64,000 bases of DNA from Cyanophora paradoxa CCMP329 (taxonomy: Eukaryota; Plantae; Glaucophyta): positions 62,001-126,000 of the forward strand of contig QPMI01000508.1 in assembly GCA_004431415.1 (NCBI GenBank), in the 5' to 3' direction. The notes under the pieces were generated by a model, which was given only the letters and a program-made list of their open reading frames with translations, was not told the DNA's origin and ran no database searches. How positions within the stretch are numbered: position 1 is the first letter of the stretch; each line of letters opens with the position of its first letter. Below, one piece after another: positions 21,584 through 32,432 of this stretch. The position numbers and the translations under genes are program-made.

Positions 21584-24415
21584 TTACTTGCAGAGGACCT
21601 CGTTGTAGTACCTGCCCGGCGGGTCAGGGAGGGCCAGAGGGGCGGGGGCGGGGCCGGGGCGGGGGGCACCAGGAGCCGCCGATGAACTCGAGGACGAGGG
21701 ACTGGGGCGGGATGAGCTTGGCGGACATGGGCAGGAAGTCCTTGAGGTAGTCGAGGACGATGCGGGCCTGGCCGTAGTACTCCTTCGAGTCGACCGGGAT
21801 GGAGTGCAGCAGGGGCTCCACGAAGGTCTTCATGATGTTGACCTCGTAGGGGTGGCCCGAGTTGAAGACGGCGTCCGCGTTGTTCTGGTTCGGGAAGATG
21901 TACGCCACCTCGCCGTGCCGCACCGCCGGCCACATCTGCCCCCGCGCACCCACGCTCGGCCCGGCCCGCCCGGCTGCGAGGCGCGGGGCGGGGCGGGGCG
22001 GGCCTGGAGGGTCTTGAGGGCCGAGTGGCCGCGGGTGAGGTAGTCGCGGACCATGCGCCGCACCAGCCGCAGGCTCGTGTTGCCGACCTGCCCGCCCCGG
22101 CTCGCCCGGCGGCGGCGCAGGGGCCGGGCGGGGCGGGGCGGGGCGCGCCTGGTTGAGGTCGTCGATGGAGAGCGGGAGCATGGGCGAGATCATGATCCTG
22201 CGCCGCCCGCCCGCCGTCAGCGGGGGCCGGCCCCGGGCGGGGGGGCGCGGGGCGGGCGCACATGAACTTCTGGTTGCGGGGGATCTTCTCGGTCATCTTC
22301 TCGTTCAGGCAGTGGATGCCCTCCATGATCTACCGCCCAGGCCCCCGTGAGCGAGGAGCGTCGGCAGGACGGGGTCGGGGCCGGGGGCGGGGCGCACGAC
22401 GATGCCGCCCTCCGGCAGCTTCACTGCGCGGGGGCGAAGGCGCGCGCGCACGCGTCGGCGCCCGCTCGATGGGGGGTGCGGGGCGGGAGCGGGGCGCACT
22501 CTTGCGGCCGGTGGGGAGGGGCCGCTGGGTGTGGAAGTCGTAGCGGGGGCACTCAGTCTCGCGCCCGGCGAAGAGGTCGATCAGGTTCTGGTTCAGCGTC
22601 TCCGTGTTCAGCGCCTCGATCCGCTCGTAGTCGCGGTTGCCCTGCGGCCCCCCGCACGCCGCGCTCGGCCCGGCGCCCCCGGGGCGGGGGCGGGGCGGGG
22701 CGGGGCGGGGCGGACCTTGGCGTCGAGGGGCACCTTCTCGGGGCCGTTGTAGTAGTCGTCGACGGAGATGGTGACGGGCTTGAGGCCGAGGGTGCGGAGC
22801 TGCACGGTGAGGCGGTGCGCGAAGGTCGTCTTGCACGAGCTCGAGGGCCCCGCGATGAGGATGAGCTTCATGTCGCCCCCGCGCTTCGCGATGCGGTCCG
22901 CCAGCTCCACGAACTGCTTGTCGTGGTACGCCTCCGTCAGCTGGATGACGTCCTGCGCCCCGGCCGCGCACGTCAGGCCCCGCGGCGGGGCGGGGCGGGC
23001 CGGGCGGCGGCGGCGGACCTTGGTGCGGCCCTCGAGGATGCTCTGGTTGATGGCGCCAACAGAGTTGAGGCCGATGGTCGACGCCCTGCGCGGCCCCGCC
23101 TCGGCGCGAGGGCCGGCGGGGCGGGGCGGGGCGGGGCGGACCAGGAGCGCATGGCGTTGTAGGCGCCGGTGAGGTTCGGCTCGTCCTTGAAGGCCGCGAC
23201 CTTGCCGTCGGCGAGGGGGTACCGCAGCAGCAGGCCCTTGTCGTACGTCTGCAGCTCGAAGTTGTCGAGGCCGGCGGTGGAGCCCACCAGCGGCGACCGC
23301 GCCAGGTCCCTGCGCCCCGCGTCGGCCGGCGCCCGGCCCCGGGCGGGGCGCGGGGGGCGGACATGTAGTCGCCGAGCTTGTGGACGGTGATGAGCGGGTC
23401 GGTGCGCGACTTGAGCAGCAGCGCCGAGTACGTCTTGTTCGCCTTCGTGAAGTACTGCCAGCCGTCCGCCACGTCGGCGGCGGCGCAGCAAGGCGGGCCG
23501 GCGGCGGGCCGGGCGGCGAACGGGGCGCACGTCCATGGCCTCGGCGTAGGTGATGGTCTCACGGGTGATGTGCAGGTTCGCCGCGACCGCCTCCTTCATC
23601 GCCTTGGTGAGGGCCGCCACCGTGTCCGCCGCCACCGCCTTGCCGTCGAGCTCGATGTAGTACGCCGAGCCCAGCGCGTTCTGCACGTGCACAGACGCGC
23701 CCTGCGGGAGGGGCTCGCGCGCCTGCCCCGTTCCGTGCGAATACAAGTCCTGACGCACGGGGCGGAGCTTGGAGTACGCGTACGCGAGGAGGAACACGAG
23801 CGACTTCTTGTACACGAGCACGCCCTCCGTCGAGTGCAGTGTCACCGGCTCTGCGGCCCCATCGCCTCAGCGACGAGGCCAAAAGAGAAATATCGACGCA
23901 GAACCCACCCAGGTGCGCCTTGTTGCCCTCAATCACCGACTGAACGCCGGCGAGCTGAGCGGGAACTTGTGAGATCGGGTGAGAACGGCTGAAAACGAAG
24001 GGGGGGAGCGGAAAAGAGCTATACAAGAAGCTATATCGGCGGATTGACGGTGAAAAACGAGTCGGGAGTTCGCTAACGCATACCGCGAGATCTTCGCGGG
24101 ATGAAACGTCGTCTCCCCGCTAAGCGGATCGGGAGATCGGGGCTAGAGCAAAGAAACGCGATTAAACGACCAATTAGGACTCGGAAACATCCCTGGTGAG
24201 CCCCAGGGGCCCCGCTGGAGGCTGCACGGCGAGGGCAAGACATTCGGGGGGGTGACACAGGCCCTAGCGCGTGCGCGTGAGCATAGAGAACTCGCCTCAT
24301 GATTGAGCTTGACGGCCAGAGCGCCCTTGAACGCGTCGAGGTTGGCGATAACGTCCTTGACGGAGTGCGAGGACGACTCAATGACGTTGCCGGTGGAGAG
24401 GGTGATGGCGACCAT
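21584..24415 (-). CDS. Uridine/nucleoside kinase fused to an N-terminal TGS/ThrRS-like region (bacterial-type architecture)
   Basis: EGVLVYKKSLVFLL, LILIAGPSSSCKTTFAHRL, ISVDDYY, DYERIEALN, EGIHCLN, RRMVRDYLTRGHSA, WPAVRHGEVAYIFPNQNNADAVFNSG, SLVLEFIGGS. Many introns. Confidence 0.88.
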
Positions 24416-24629
24416 TGTGAACGAACAACGAACTGCAACGATCGATCGGATCGACTGGCGAGGCCCGCGCGCAGCGACTTCGCGGCACCTACACGCGCGC
24501 ACCTGGCTCTCCTGTGACACCGTACCCCTAGCGGGGATTGAAAGGGGCAGCCATGCGCAGCAGCCCGCAGCCTTGCCGAGGCCGCCTCTAGCTGCGCTAT
24601 CGCTTCTCTTATATAATTAGCTTTAGCGG

Positions 24630-24950
24630 ATGGCCTCGATATCAAGCGCCGGCAGCGGCAGCGAACCTGGCGAGGAGAGGGAGGAGCGCAACGTTAACGA
24701 GCTGAGCTGCGCTGTCTGCTGTCTTGTCATGCGCGACCCGGTGCGCAATAATGTGCGCGTGCATTGTCCGCGCTGATTGATGCGCATGCGGTTCACACGT
24801 CGACGGTGCTGGGGTGCGCCGCGCGCGGAGCACGCGCTGTGCAAATTCAGTGCAATTTGCAAGACGTGTGCGAAGCTGCTGGCGCGAAAAGCGGGCTACC
24901 ACTCGAACACGAGCAAAAGAAGGCGCAGGTCGACCGCGAGGTCGTCGACT
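24630..24950 (+). pseudogene. Degenerate RING-finger gene fragment
   Basis: Exon 24630-24740 MASISSAG...ELSCAVCCLVMRDP|gtgcgc and downstream AICKTCAKLL. No clean splice path for the central C-x-H, and no final CxxC. Confidence 0.4.
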
Positions 24951-25140
24951 TCGAATTCTAGCTCTTTAATTTCGGCCGGCAGTACTAGTTCGCGACAGCC
25001 GCCGCATCAACGCGCTCCGGGTGCAGTGCGCACGCTTGCTTTCAATCGCGCTCTTATGGTTGCAGCTGAAACCCTGCCGCCACCGCACAGCTGCCGCTTC
25101 CAGGCGAAGGGCTGCGAGTCACTAGTAGAATGGGGTAGGA

Positions 25141-25273
25141 ACTGACACTATCCGGACAGCACCCTGACAATATTTATATTATAAGATTTTTAGCATTTCG
25201 CCTGCAACTGACATTATCCTGACATTGTCAGGATACTGCAACTGATATCAGGATACTGTCTAAATAGTACTGC
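25141..25273. repeat. AT-richer repeat cluster with hairpin
   Basis: Repeated CTGACA/AGGATACTG/CTGCAACTGA units. Perfect 10-bp inverted repeat TATCCTGACA-T-TGTCAGGATA at ~25215-25235. Confidence 0.55.
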
Positions 25274-25505
25274 GCCCGCCGCGAGCGCCCGCGCCGACTC
25301 CCGTCCGCCCGACTCCCGCCGACTCCCCCCCCCCCCCCCCCCCCCCCCCCCGGCCCCCCCCCTCATCCCTGGTCCTCTCCCTCCCCCCGCCCCCCTCCCC
25401 CCCTCCCCCCCCCCTCCCTTCTCGAGCTCAGTCCAGCTTCAAGCTGTGAGCTGCAAGCTGTGACAGGGAGCCGGGTGGGCAAGGCCGGTGCTGCGTGGGG
25501 CCTGG

Positions 25506-28319
25506 CTACGGGGCGGGGAGGGCGCGCAGGTCCATCATCTCGCTGTACTGCGCCTCGTACTCCTGCGCACGCGGCGGCCGCGTCGGCGTGTGCGGGGCGG
25601 GGCGGGGCGGGGCGGGCGGCGCGCCTCGAGCGGGGGCGCCTCCTCGTCCTCCTCCACCTCCTCCCCGCGCGCCTCCGCCTCGGCCTGCCCCGGCGTCAGG
25701 CGGGGTGCGGAGCCGGGCCGGGACGGGACGGGTGGGGGGCGGGCCTTGGTGCGGGCCCAGTCGGCGGCCCAGCGGCGGAGGAGGGCGGCCTCGGGGTCGG
25801 TGACGCGAAGGAGGACGCGGTTCGCCGCCACGTCCAGCCCGCACACCACCCGCTCCTGCTGCCCCGGCCCCGCCCCCTCGCCTCTGCTTTGCCCGGCGCC
25901 CGGCGTCGCCGGGGGGGCACCTTGTAGGGGGAGACGACGGGCTGCCAGGTCTTGCGGTCGAGCTCCACCATCCGGAACGCGATCAGGTCCCCCCGCTGCC
26001 CGCCCCGTCGGGCGGCGCCCCACGGCGAGCCCGGCGGGGCGGGAGGGGCGGCGCGCACGGCGGGGGGCGCGGTGAGGAGCGGCAGTGCCTCGTAGTCGCG
26101 CGGCGGCAGCTCCGGCGGCGGCGGCTGCCGCACCTTCGCCGCCTCCTCCGCCTCCGCCTCCTCCTCCTCCCAGCCCCGCCGGCCCCCGCCGCTCCGCCGG
26201 CCCTGGCCCTGGCCCCCGCCGCCCCGCCCTCCGCCCCGCCCGCGGCCGCCGCTCTGCCGCGGCTCGCGCGCCTGCTGCTGCGGCTGCTCGCGCTGCTGCG
26301 GCTGCTGCGGCTGCTGCGCCTGCTGCGGCTGGCCTGCGGCTCGGCCTGCGGCTGCGCCGGGCCCGGCGCCGCCTTCGCCGCGGCGTCGTCGTACCCCAGT
26401 TGAACTCGTACACGCCGCCGTGCCGCGTCCGGCCCCGCGTCCCACCGCGGCCCCGGCCCCGGCCCTCCCGCCCGCCCGCCCGCCCGCCCGCCGGCTCTGC
26501 GCGCTGCGATGAGCGCGGGCCCGCGAGCCGGCGGGGGGTAGGGGCGCACGGGTGCGAGGGGCGACGGGCTCCACGCCGGGCGCGGCGGCGGCGGCGGCGG
26601 CGGCGGCTGCCGCGAGGTCGGAGACGCCGGCGGGTCCCATGGGCCCGTCCAAAGCGCGCCCCGCCGAGGCGGCGCCCGCCGGCGGGGCCGGCGCCTCCTT
26701 CTCGCCGCCGCCGTCGTCGAAGCGGAAGTGGCCGCGCGCCGCCGCCTCGCCGGCTGTGCAGCGTTGGGCTCGGCGGCAAGGGGCGGGGCGAGGGGGTGCG
26801 GGGCGGGGCGGGCGCACCGGGGAGGAGGACGGCGGGGCGCGGGGAGGCGACGAGGTGCTCGCGGGGCACGAGCGGCACGGCGCGCTGCTGCTGCCGCCGC
26901 TTGTGCTGGTTCTCCGCCTTCCGATCCTCCCCGCTCCCGGGCCCGCCGACGCCCGGCCCGCCCGCCCCGTCTCCGCCCCGGAGACGCTCGCCCGCGCCCC
27001 TGCTCCGACTTGCGCACCCGCCGATTCATCCGCCGCCGCGCGCTGCGGGACATCTGCGGCGGGGTCACGCCGCTCCCGCGCGGGGCGGCCGGGCGGGCGG
27101 GGCGCGCCTTGTCCGAGGAGCGCGGCGGGCGCGGCTCCTGCTTCTCCTTCGCCGGCGTCTTCGCGTCAGCCGCCCCGCCCGCCCGCGCCTTCGGCGCAGC
27201 CTTCTCCTCCTCCTCGCTGCTCTCCTCGCTGCTCTCCTCCTCGCTGCTCTCCTCCTCGCTGCTGCTTTCCTGCGCCTTGGCGGCGGCATTCGCCGGCGCC
27301 GCGGCGCCCTTGGCGGCGGCCGGCGCTGCCGGAGCGTCAGCAGCGCCGGCCGCCCCCGCCGGTGCGGAGCTCGGGCGGCACCGGCGGCGGGAGCGGGCTT
27401 GGCGGGCTTGGCGGGCTTGGGGAGGGCGGGGGCGCGCGCGGCGGCCTCCACGACGGCCGCGATGCGCCGCCTCCGCTCCTCGCCCGAGCCCTCCCCCTCC
27501 TCCTCGCTGCTGCTGCTGCTGCTCTCCTCCTCGGAAGACTCCGCGTCGGCCTTCTTCTTAGTCTCCCCGTCCGTCCGAGACTTCGCCGCGCCCGCCGCCC
27601 GCTTCGCCTCCTCCCGCTGCGGCCGCGGCCCGCGCGTGGGCTTCCGGCGCTGGCGCGCAGGAGACGCGTCACGCACCGGCCTCGCGGCGGACGGTGCGGT
27701 CGGCGCCGGAGCCTCCTCTTCCTTTGCGGGCTCATCCTCCGCGCGTTGCCGCTTGCCGCTCGCCGCCGCTGGCAGAGTAGCGAGCGTCGGCGATGGGCGC
27801 TGGTGGCCGGCAGGGCGCGCGCACCGGAGCTCGACGAGGCGCGGGCCGCGCCCTCGCTCGAGCGCGCGCGCTTGCGGCCCGCAACGCGCCCCTGATCCTC
27901 CTGCTCCTCCTGCTCGTCCTCGTCCGCGGCCTCCGCGGGGAGCGACCAGCGGGCCTTGCGCTCGCGCGGCTTTACCCTGCCGAGCGCGCCTGTCAGCGCG
28001 ACGGGTGCGGAAGCGCATTGAATGGAGGCGGTCACCAGACGACATCCTCGTCGCGCAGCACGGCGATCTCCTCGGTCGGCGGCAGCGCGAAGCTATCCAC
28101 CGTCTCGAGCAGCAGGCCATGCCGCGCGTACTGAGCGAGCCCGAACCGCTGGACCAGCAGCACCGCGAGGTCGCTCACGTAGCGCAACGAGTCCGGCACG
28201 CTCAACAAGCATCTGCAGCGGGGTGAGGCCGCGATCGGACCGCGGCTGCGCGGCGGATATGCGCACCGTTGGAACTCATTGAGCGGGAAAACCGCGTCGA
28301 AGACGAGCCTGAGCCGCAT
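25506..28319 (-). CDS. COIL: Coilin (Cajal body scaffold)
   Basis: N-terminal MRLRLVFD...VSDLAVLLVQRFGL...HGLLLETVDSFALPPTEEIAVLRDEDVV; SRSARRR motif; RG box [12 protein letters not shown]; C-terminal Tudor-like RDYEALPLLTAPPAV|GDLIAFRMVELDRKTWQPVVSPYK. Confidence 0.88.
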
Positions 28320-28512
28320 CTCGCGCCGGCGCCAGCAACCTGCGTCGAAGTTCTCAGCGAGCGTCGCGGGGCCGTCAGTGAACGAAGACTACGAACCAGA
28401 AGCGCGCAAATGTGGAGCCTGAGCTGCTACAACCAAGGCCCGCCGCGCCTAGAGTCGCGGCGAGGCAGCAGAGCACGCTATACCCCTCTACCTCTTCGGC
28501 GGCGGGAAGTTC

Positions 28513-28589
28513 GGCCGAAGCCGGGCGCCAGCGACCCCGCGAGCACAGCATGGAGGCCGAAGCCAGCGACCCGCGAGCACAGCATGGAG
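28513..28589 (+). repeat. Two-copy imperfect tandem duplication
   Basis: GCCAGCGACCC(C)GCGAGCACAGCATGGAG occurs twice, each copy preceded by GGCCGAA. Confidence 0.7.
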
Positions 28590-29447
28590 CGCAGCGCGTA
28601 ATACAGCGCGGAACTGCTTCGCTTCGCTCCTCCAGCAGCTGCTGCGAGACGCCTCAAGCGCGGCGTGTCAAGTCTCAGCAATGCAATTTTCAGTCGGTTC
28701 AGAGACCTGCTCGCGACCAGGATCGTCGAGCAGCGCTGCCAGCGCCATCGATATCGCCGCACGCCGCGTCGGCCGAGCGAGACCAGGCGCTTAGTGCGAG
28801 CGCGCGTCTAGTTCTTTATGGGAACCAGTGTTAGTTTAGGGCGGAAATCGGCCTCGCTGCCGTCTCGTGACGCTCGAACTCGACCTCGAGCTCGCGGGGG
28901 TCCGCATTCGTTAAACGTTCAGTAAGGCCCGGGGCCCGGCGGACCGGCGCAGGCGAAGGTCCGACCCTGCGCGCTTCGAGATTCGGATACCTGCTTACTA
29001 TCACTCGCAGCGATGCCTGCGTTTCTGTGCGACTGGGGCCGGTCGTGTCGGCCGCCTTGGTGTGAGCCCGGTCTTCGGAGCACCCCGCCGGGCCTCGGGG
29101 CGCAAGCCCGAAGCGTAAGCAGCGTCCTGTCAGCTGGAAGCAGCGATGCGATTTCCAGCAGAGCACGAACAGGGCGCCAGCAGCGCTTGCTCCACGCCAG
29201 CGTGTCTCGCAGCCGCAGCGGACCGGTCAAACTTGGGTTTCAGGCGAGCAACCAGCCGAGCATCCTGCCACTGGGGCCATCGGACAACAATACTCTGAGC
29301 TCACGATGCTCTTGTGACTTGCGGTGCCCGGGCGATTTCGCGGCCTGGCTGGGCTTCGAAGTCCGGTTCCGGTTCGCAATTTCGCTGCCTCGAGCCGTGG
29401 CGCCGGGACTTGCGCTGAGCTCAGTTTTAGACTACTCAGTGATACGC

Positions 29448-32047
29448 ATGCGTGCGGTACGCGGAACCGAAGGCCTCCCGCGCTTGCCATCGGCGGAAAC
29501 TGGACCCGCGGCGCTCAGTGCGCTCTCTCCTATCTTTGGCGCTGCATTTTACGCAAGCTTATCGTGCCGCAGATTGCCTGGAATCTGCATTCGTTTTGAA
29601 GGGCGGGCGGGCAGGGCGCCGCCGTGCGGGCCCCCCCCGGTCATCGGTGGCGTGCGCCAGTACGGGGACGCCGGCAGCGTGGCGCCCGAGCAGAGCCTCC
29701 CTCCCAGCCGGCCGCCGCCGCAGCAGCAGCCAGCCGGTGGCCACGGGCCAGCGGGTGGCAGGGCTGCCGGCCGCATCCGCGGAGCGGAGGCCGCTGCCCG
29801 TGGCGGCGGCGGAGACAGGGGCGGCGTTGGCGGAGGGGCGGCGGGGAGGCGGCGGGCCGGGCGGCGGCCCCGGCTGGAACTCGGGCGACGCGTTCTGGGG
29901 CGGGGCCGGCCCCGGCGAGCCCGGCGGCGGCGGCGACGAGGAGGAGGAGGAGACGGAGCGCGGCGCCTCTCCTCTCGGCCGCGCGGGCGGCGGCGCACGG
30001 GTCTGGGGCGGGTCGGCGGGACGCCAGGCGATGGGAAGCCCCGGCTCGGCGTCGCCGCGCTGGTGCGGTTCCTGGGCGGGCTGGGCGGGGACGCCTGCGC
30101 CGCCCTCCTCCGCGCCCTCCGCTGGCTGCCCGCCGCCTTCAGTGCGCCCCGCCCCGCCCCGCGCCCCCACCGCGCCCGCCCCGCCCGACGCGTCCTCCTC
30201 GCAGCGACTTCGTGATCCGGCCGTACCGGCGGCCGCTGCGGCGGGGGCCGGGGCGGTCCTGCTGGAGGGGCCGGCGGGGGCGCTGGCGGGGAGAGCTGGT
30301 GCGCGCTGCCGGACTACCGGGTGCGGCCGGCCTCGCCCCTCCACCTCCTCGACCTCGCCCTCGCCGCCCTCGCCCGCGCCTTCCGCGTCGGCCTCGAGTG
30401 CGCCGCCCACGCCCCCGTCCCGCACGCCCCGCGGCGCACGACCCCGCGGCGCAGGCTGCACGAGGAGGGCGTGCGGGTGAGCCTCGCGGCGCTGGGCGTC
30501 GAGCTGGAGCTGGAGCTCTGCCTCCCGGGCCTCCCCGCCGCCGCCGCCGCCGCCGCCCGCGCCCTCGACCTCCTCGCCGCCGCCGCCGCCCTCTCCCTCC
30601 GCCTCCCGCTCGCCCTCGCCGGCGCCCTCGGCGTCCTCCTCGCCCCGGTCCTCCGGCAGTCGGCCGCCGCCCTCGCCTCCCCCTCCGCCGCATCGGCCTC
30701 GCCGGCCCGCCTCGGCCCTCGCCTCGGGCCTCGGCCGGGCGGCGCAGGCAGCCGCCGGGGCGGCGTCGGGCGCCCTGGCGCGGCTCCTCCGGGCCCTCTT
30801 GGGAGCCCTCGCGCCCCTGCCCTCGGCCCCTCTGCGGCGCCGCGTGCGCGCCCCTGCGCGCCGCGCTCCGCTTCTTCGGCGTCGGACCCCGGGGCCCGCC
30901 CGACGTCGCCGCCTGGATCGTCGGGTGCGCTTCCCTCCGTCCGGTCGCCCCCGCTCGGCCCTCACGCCGCCCAGGCGCCCGCCGGCCCCCGCGGGGCGCG
31001 TCCCGCCCTTCGGCCCCTTCGGGCACGCCGCCCGCCCCCGCCGCGACGCCGCGACCGCCGAGTCAGCCGGCCGCCGCTCCCCGCCCCGAGCCTGCCGCTC
31101 TGGGGCTGACGGAGTGGCGGGGCCAGGGACCGGGTGGCGCGCGCCGTCGCCTGCGTGGCGGAGTTCCTCGCCGACCCGCGCCGCGACTGCGCCGGGCCCC
31201 CGCCCTTCTCCGCCGGCATGGGCGCCGCCTCGGCGGCCGCGAACCGGGTGCACGGGTGGCGGCCGGACGGCTCGCTGGGGGCCCTCGCGATGGCCTGCAC
31301 CTGCTGGACTCGGCGGCGGCGGGGCCGGCGAGGCGGAGCGGGCCCTGGAGCGCGACCTCCAGCTCCGCCTCGCCTTCCTCCTCCGCACCTCGCCCCCGCC
31401 GCCACCGCCGCCGCCGGCGGGTGCGAGGGCCCCGCCGCCTGCGCCCGGACGGGGCGAGGTGGACGTGGACGCCGGGGCGCGGCTCGTGACGGCCGGCGAC
31501 GTGGCGGCGCTGCTCGCCGAACTCCGCCGGCCCCGCCCCGGCGCCGCCGCCCCGCCCCGCGTCCGCCGCCTCGCCGCCCACTTCGCCGACGCGGCGGCGC
31601 TGGCGGCGGCGCTTCGGGCCCCGGCCTCCAGGAGCTCCTCCTCAAGGCCCGCTCCCGCCCCGCCGCCCTCGACGGCCTCCGCGCCCGCCACCCGCCCCCG
31701 CCGGGCCGGTGGCGGGGGCTGGGGCCGGGCGGGACCTGCGGCGGGTGCTGGTGCTGGCGCCGGGGGCGGCGGTGCGGGCGAGCCACGTCCGCGCCCTCCG
31801 CTCCCTCCCCTCCTTCACCGAGCTCCTCACCGGCCGCCCCGTCCGCGCCCCCCCGGCCCCTCCCCCCTCGCCCCGCCCCTCTGACGGGGGCCCTCAGGCG
31901 CGCGCCGCAGCCCGGGCCGACGCCCCGCCGGCCCTCCCCTCCCGGGGCCCCTTCTCCGCCCGCGGATGGTACCGGTGCGGACCCTCTGGCCTGCCCCGGG
32001 CACTCCGTCGCGCTCCCTTCACGATCGCTGTGCCGGCCACTGACTGA
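29448..32047 (+). CDS. Ala/Leu/Pro-rich hypothetical protein (multi-exon; may start as early as ~28410)
   Basis: Coding-like exons LHLLDLALAALARAFRVGLE, ERALERDLQLRLAFLLR, DLRRVLVLAPGAAVRASHVRALRSLPSF with plus-strand CCCCG introns. Confidence 0.4.
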
Positions 32048-32432
32048 GAGGCAGCGGGGTCTACGGGCTGCCCCCCGCCGCAGGCGACCACGAGACCGGC
32101 GCGTAGATGCTGCTTCTCAGTGATCTCTCTTTGATAGACAGGCGGGCCGGGAGGGCGAGCTCGAGAGCGTGGAGCGACCACGACTCTCGCCCTCGCCGCC
32201 GGCCGCGGCCAGCGCTAGCGCTAGCTGCAGGGCCGGCCACGCCTGCCGGATCGAATTCGTTGCTGGCTTCAAGGGCTTGCAATTGATATATCATAGTAGT
32301 AAATATCTATCGATATCGATATCGCCGCCGGCGCCAGCTGCAACTGCGCATGCGCTCGATCTCGCCCCGCGCGCTGGCGCGATATCGCGCGATATTTGAT
32401 CCGGCCGGGGCACCTGTACCCGTCACAGCCAA

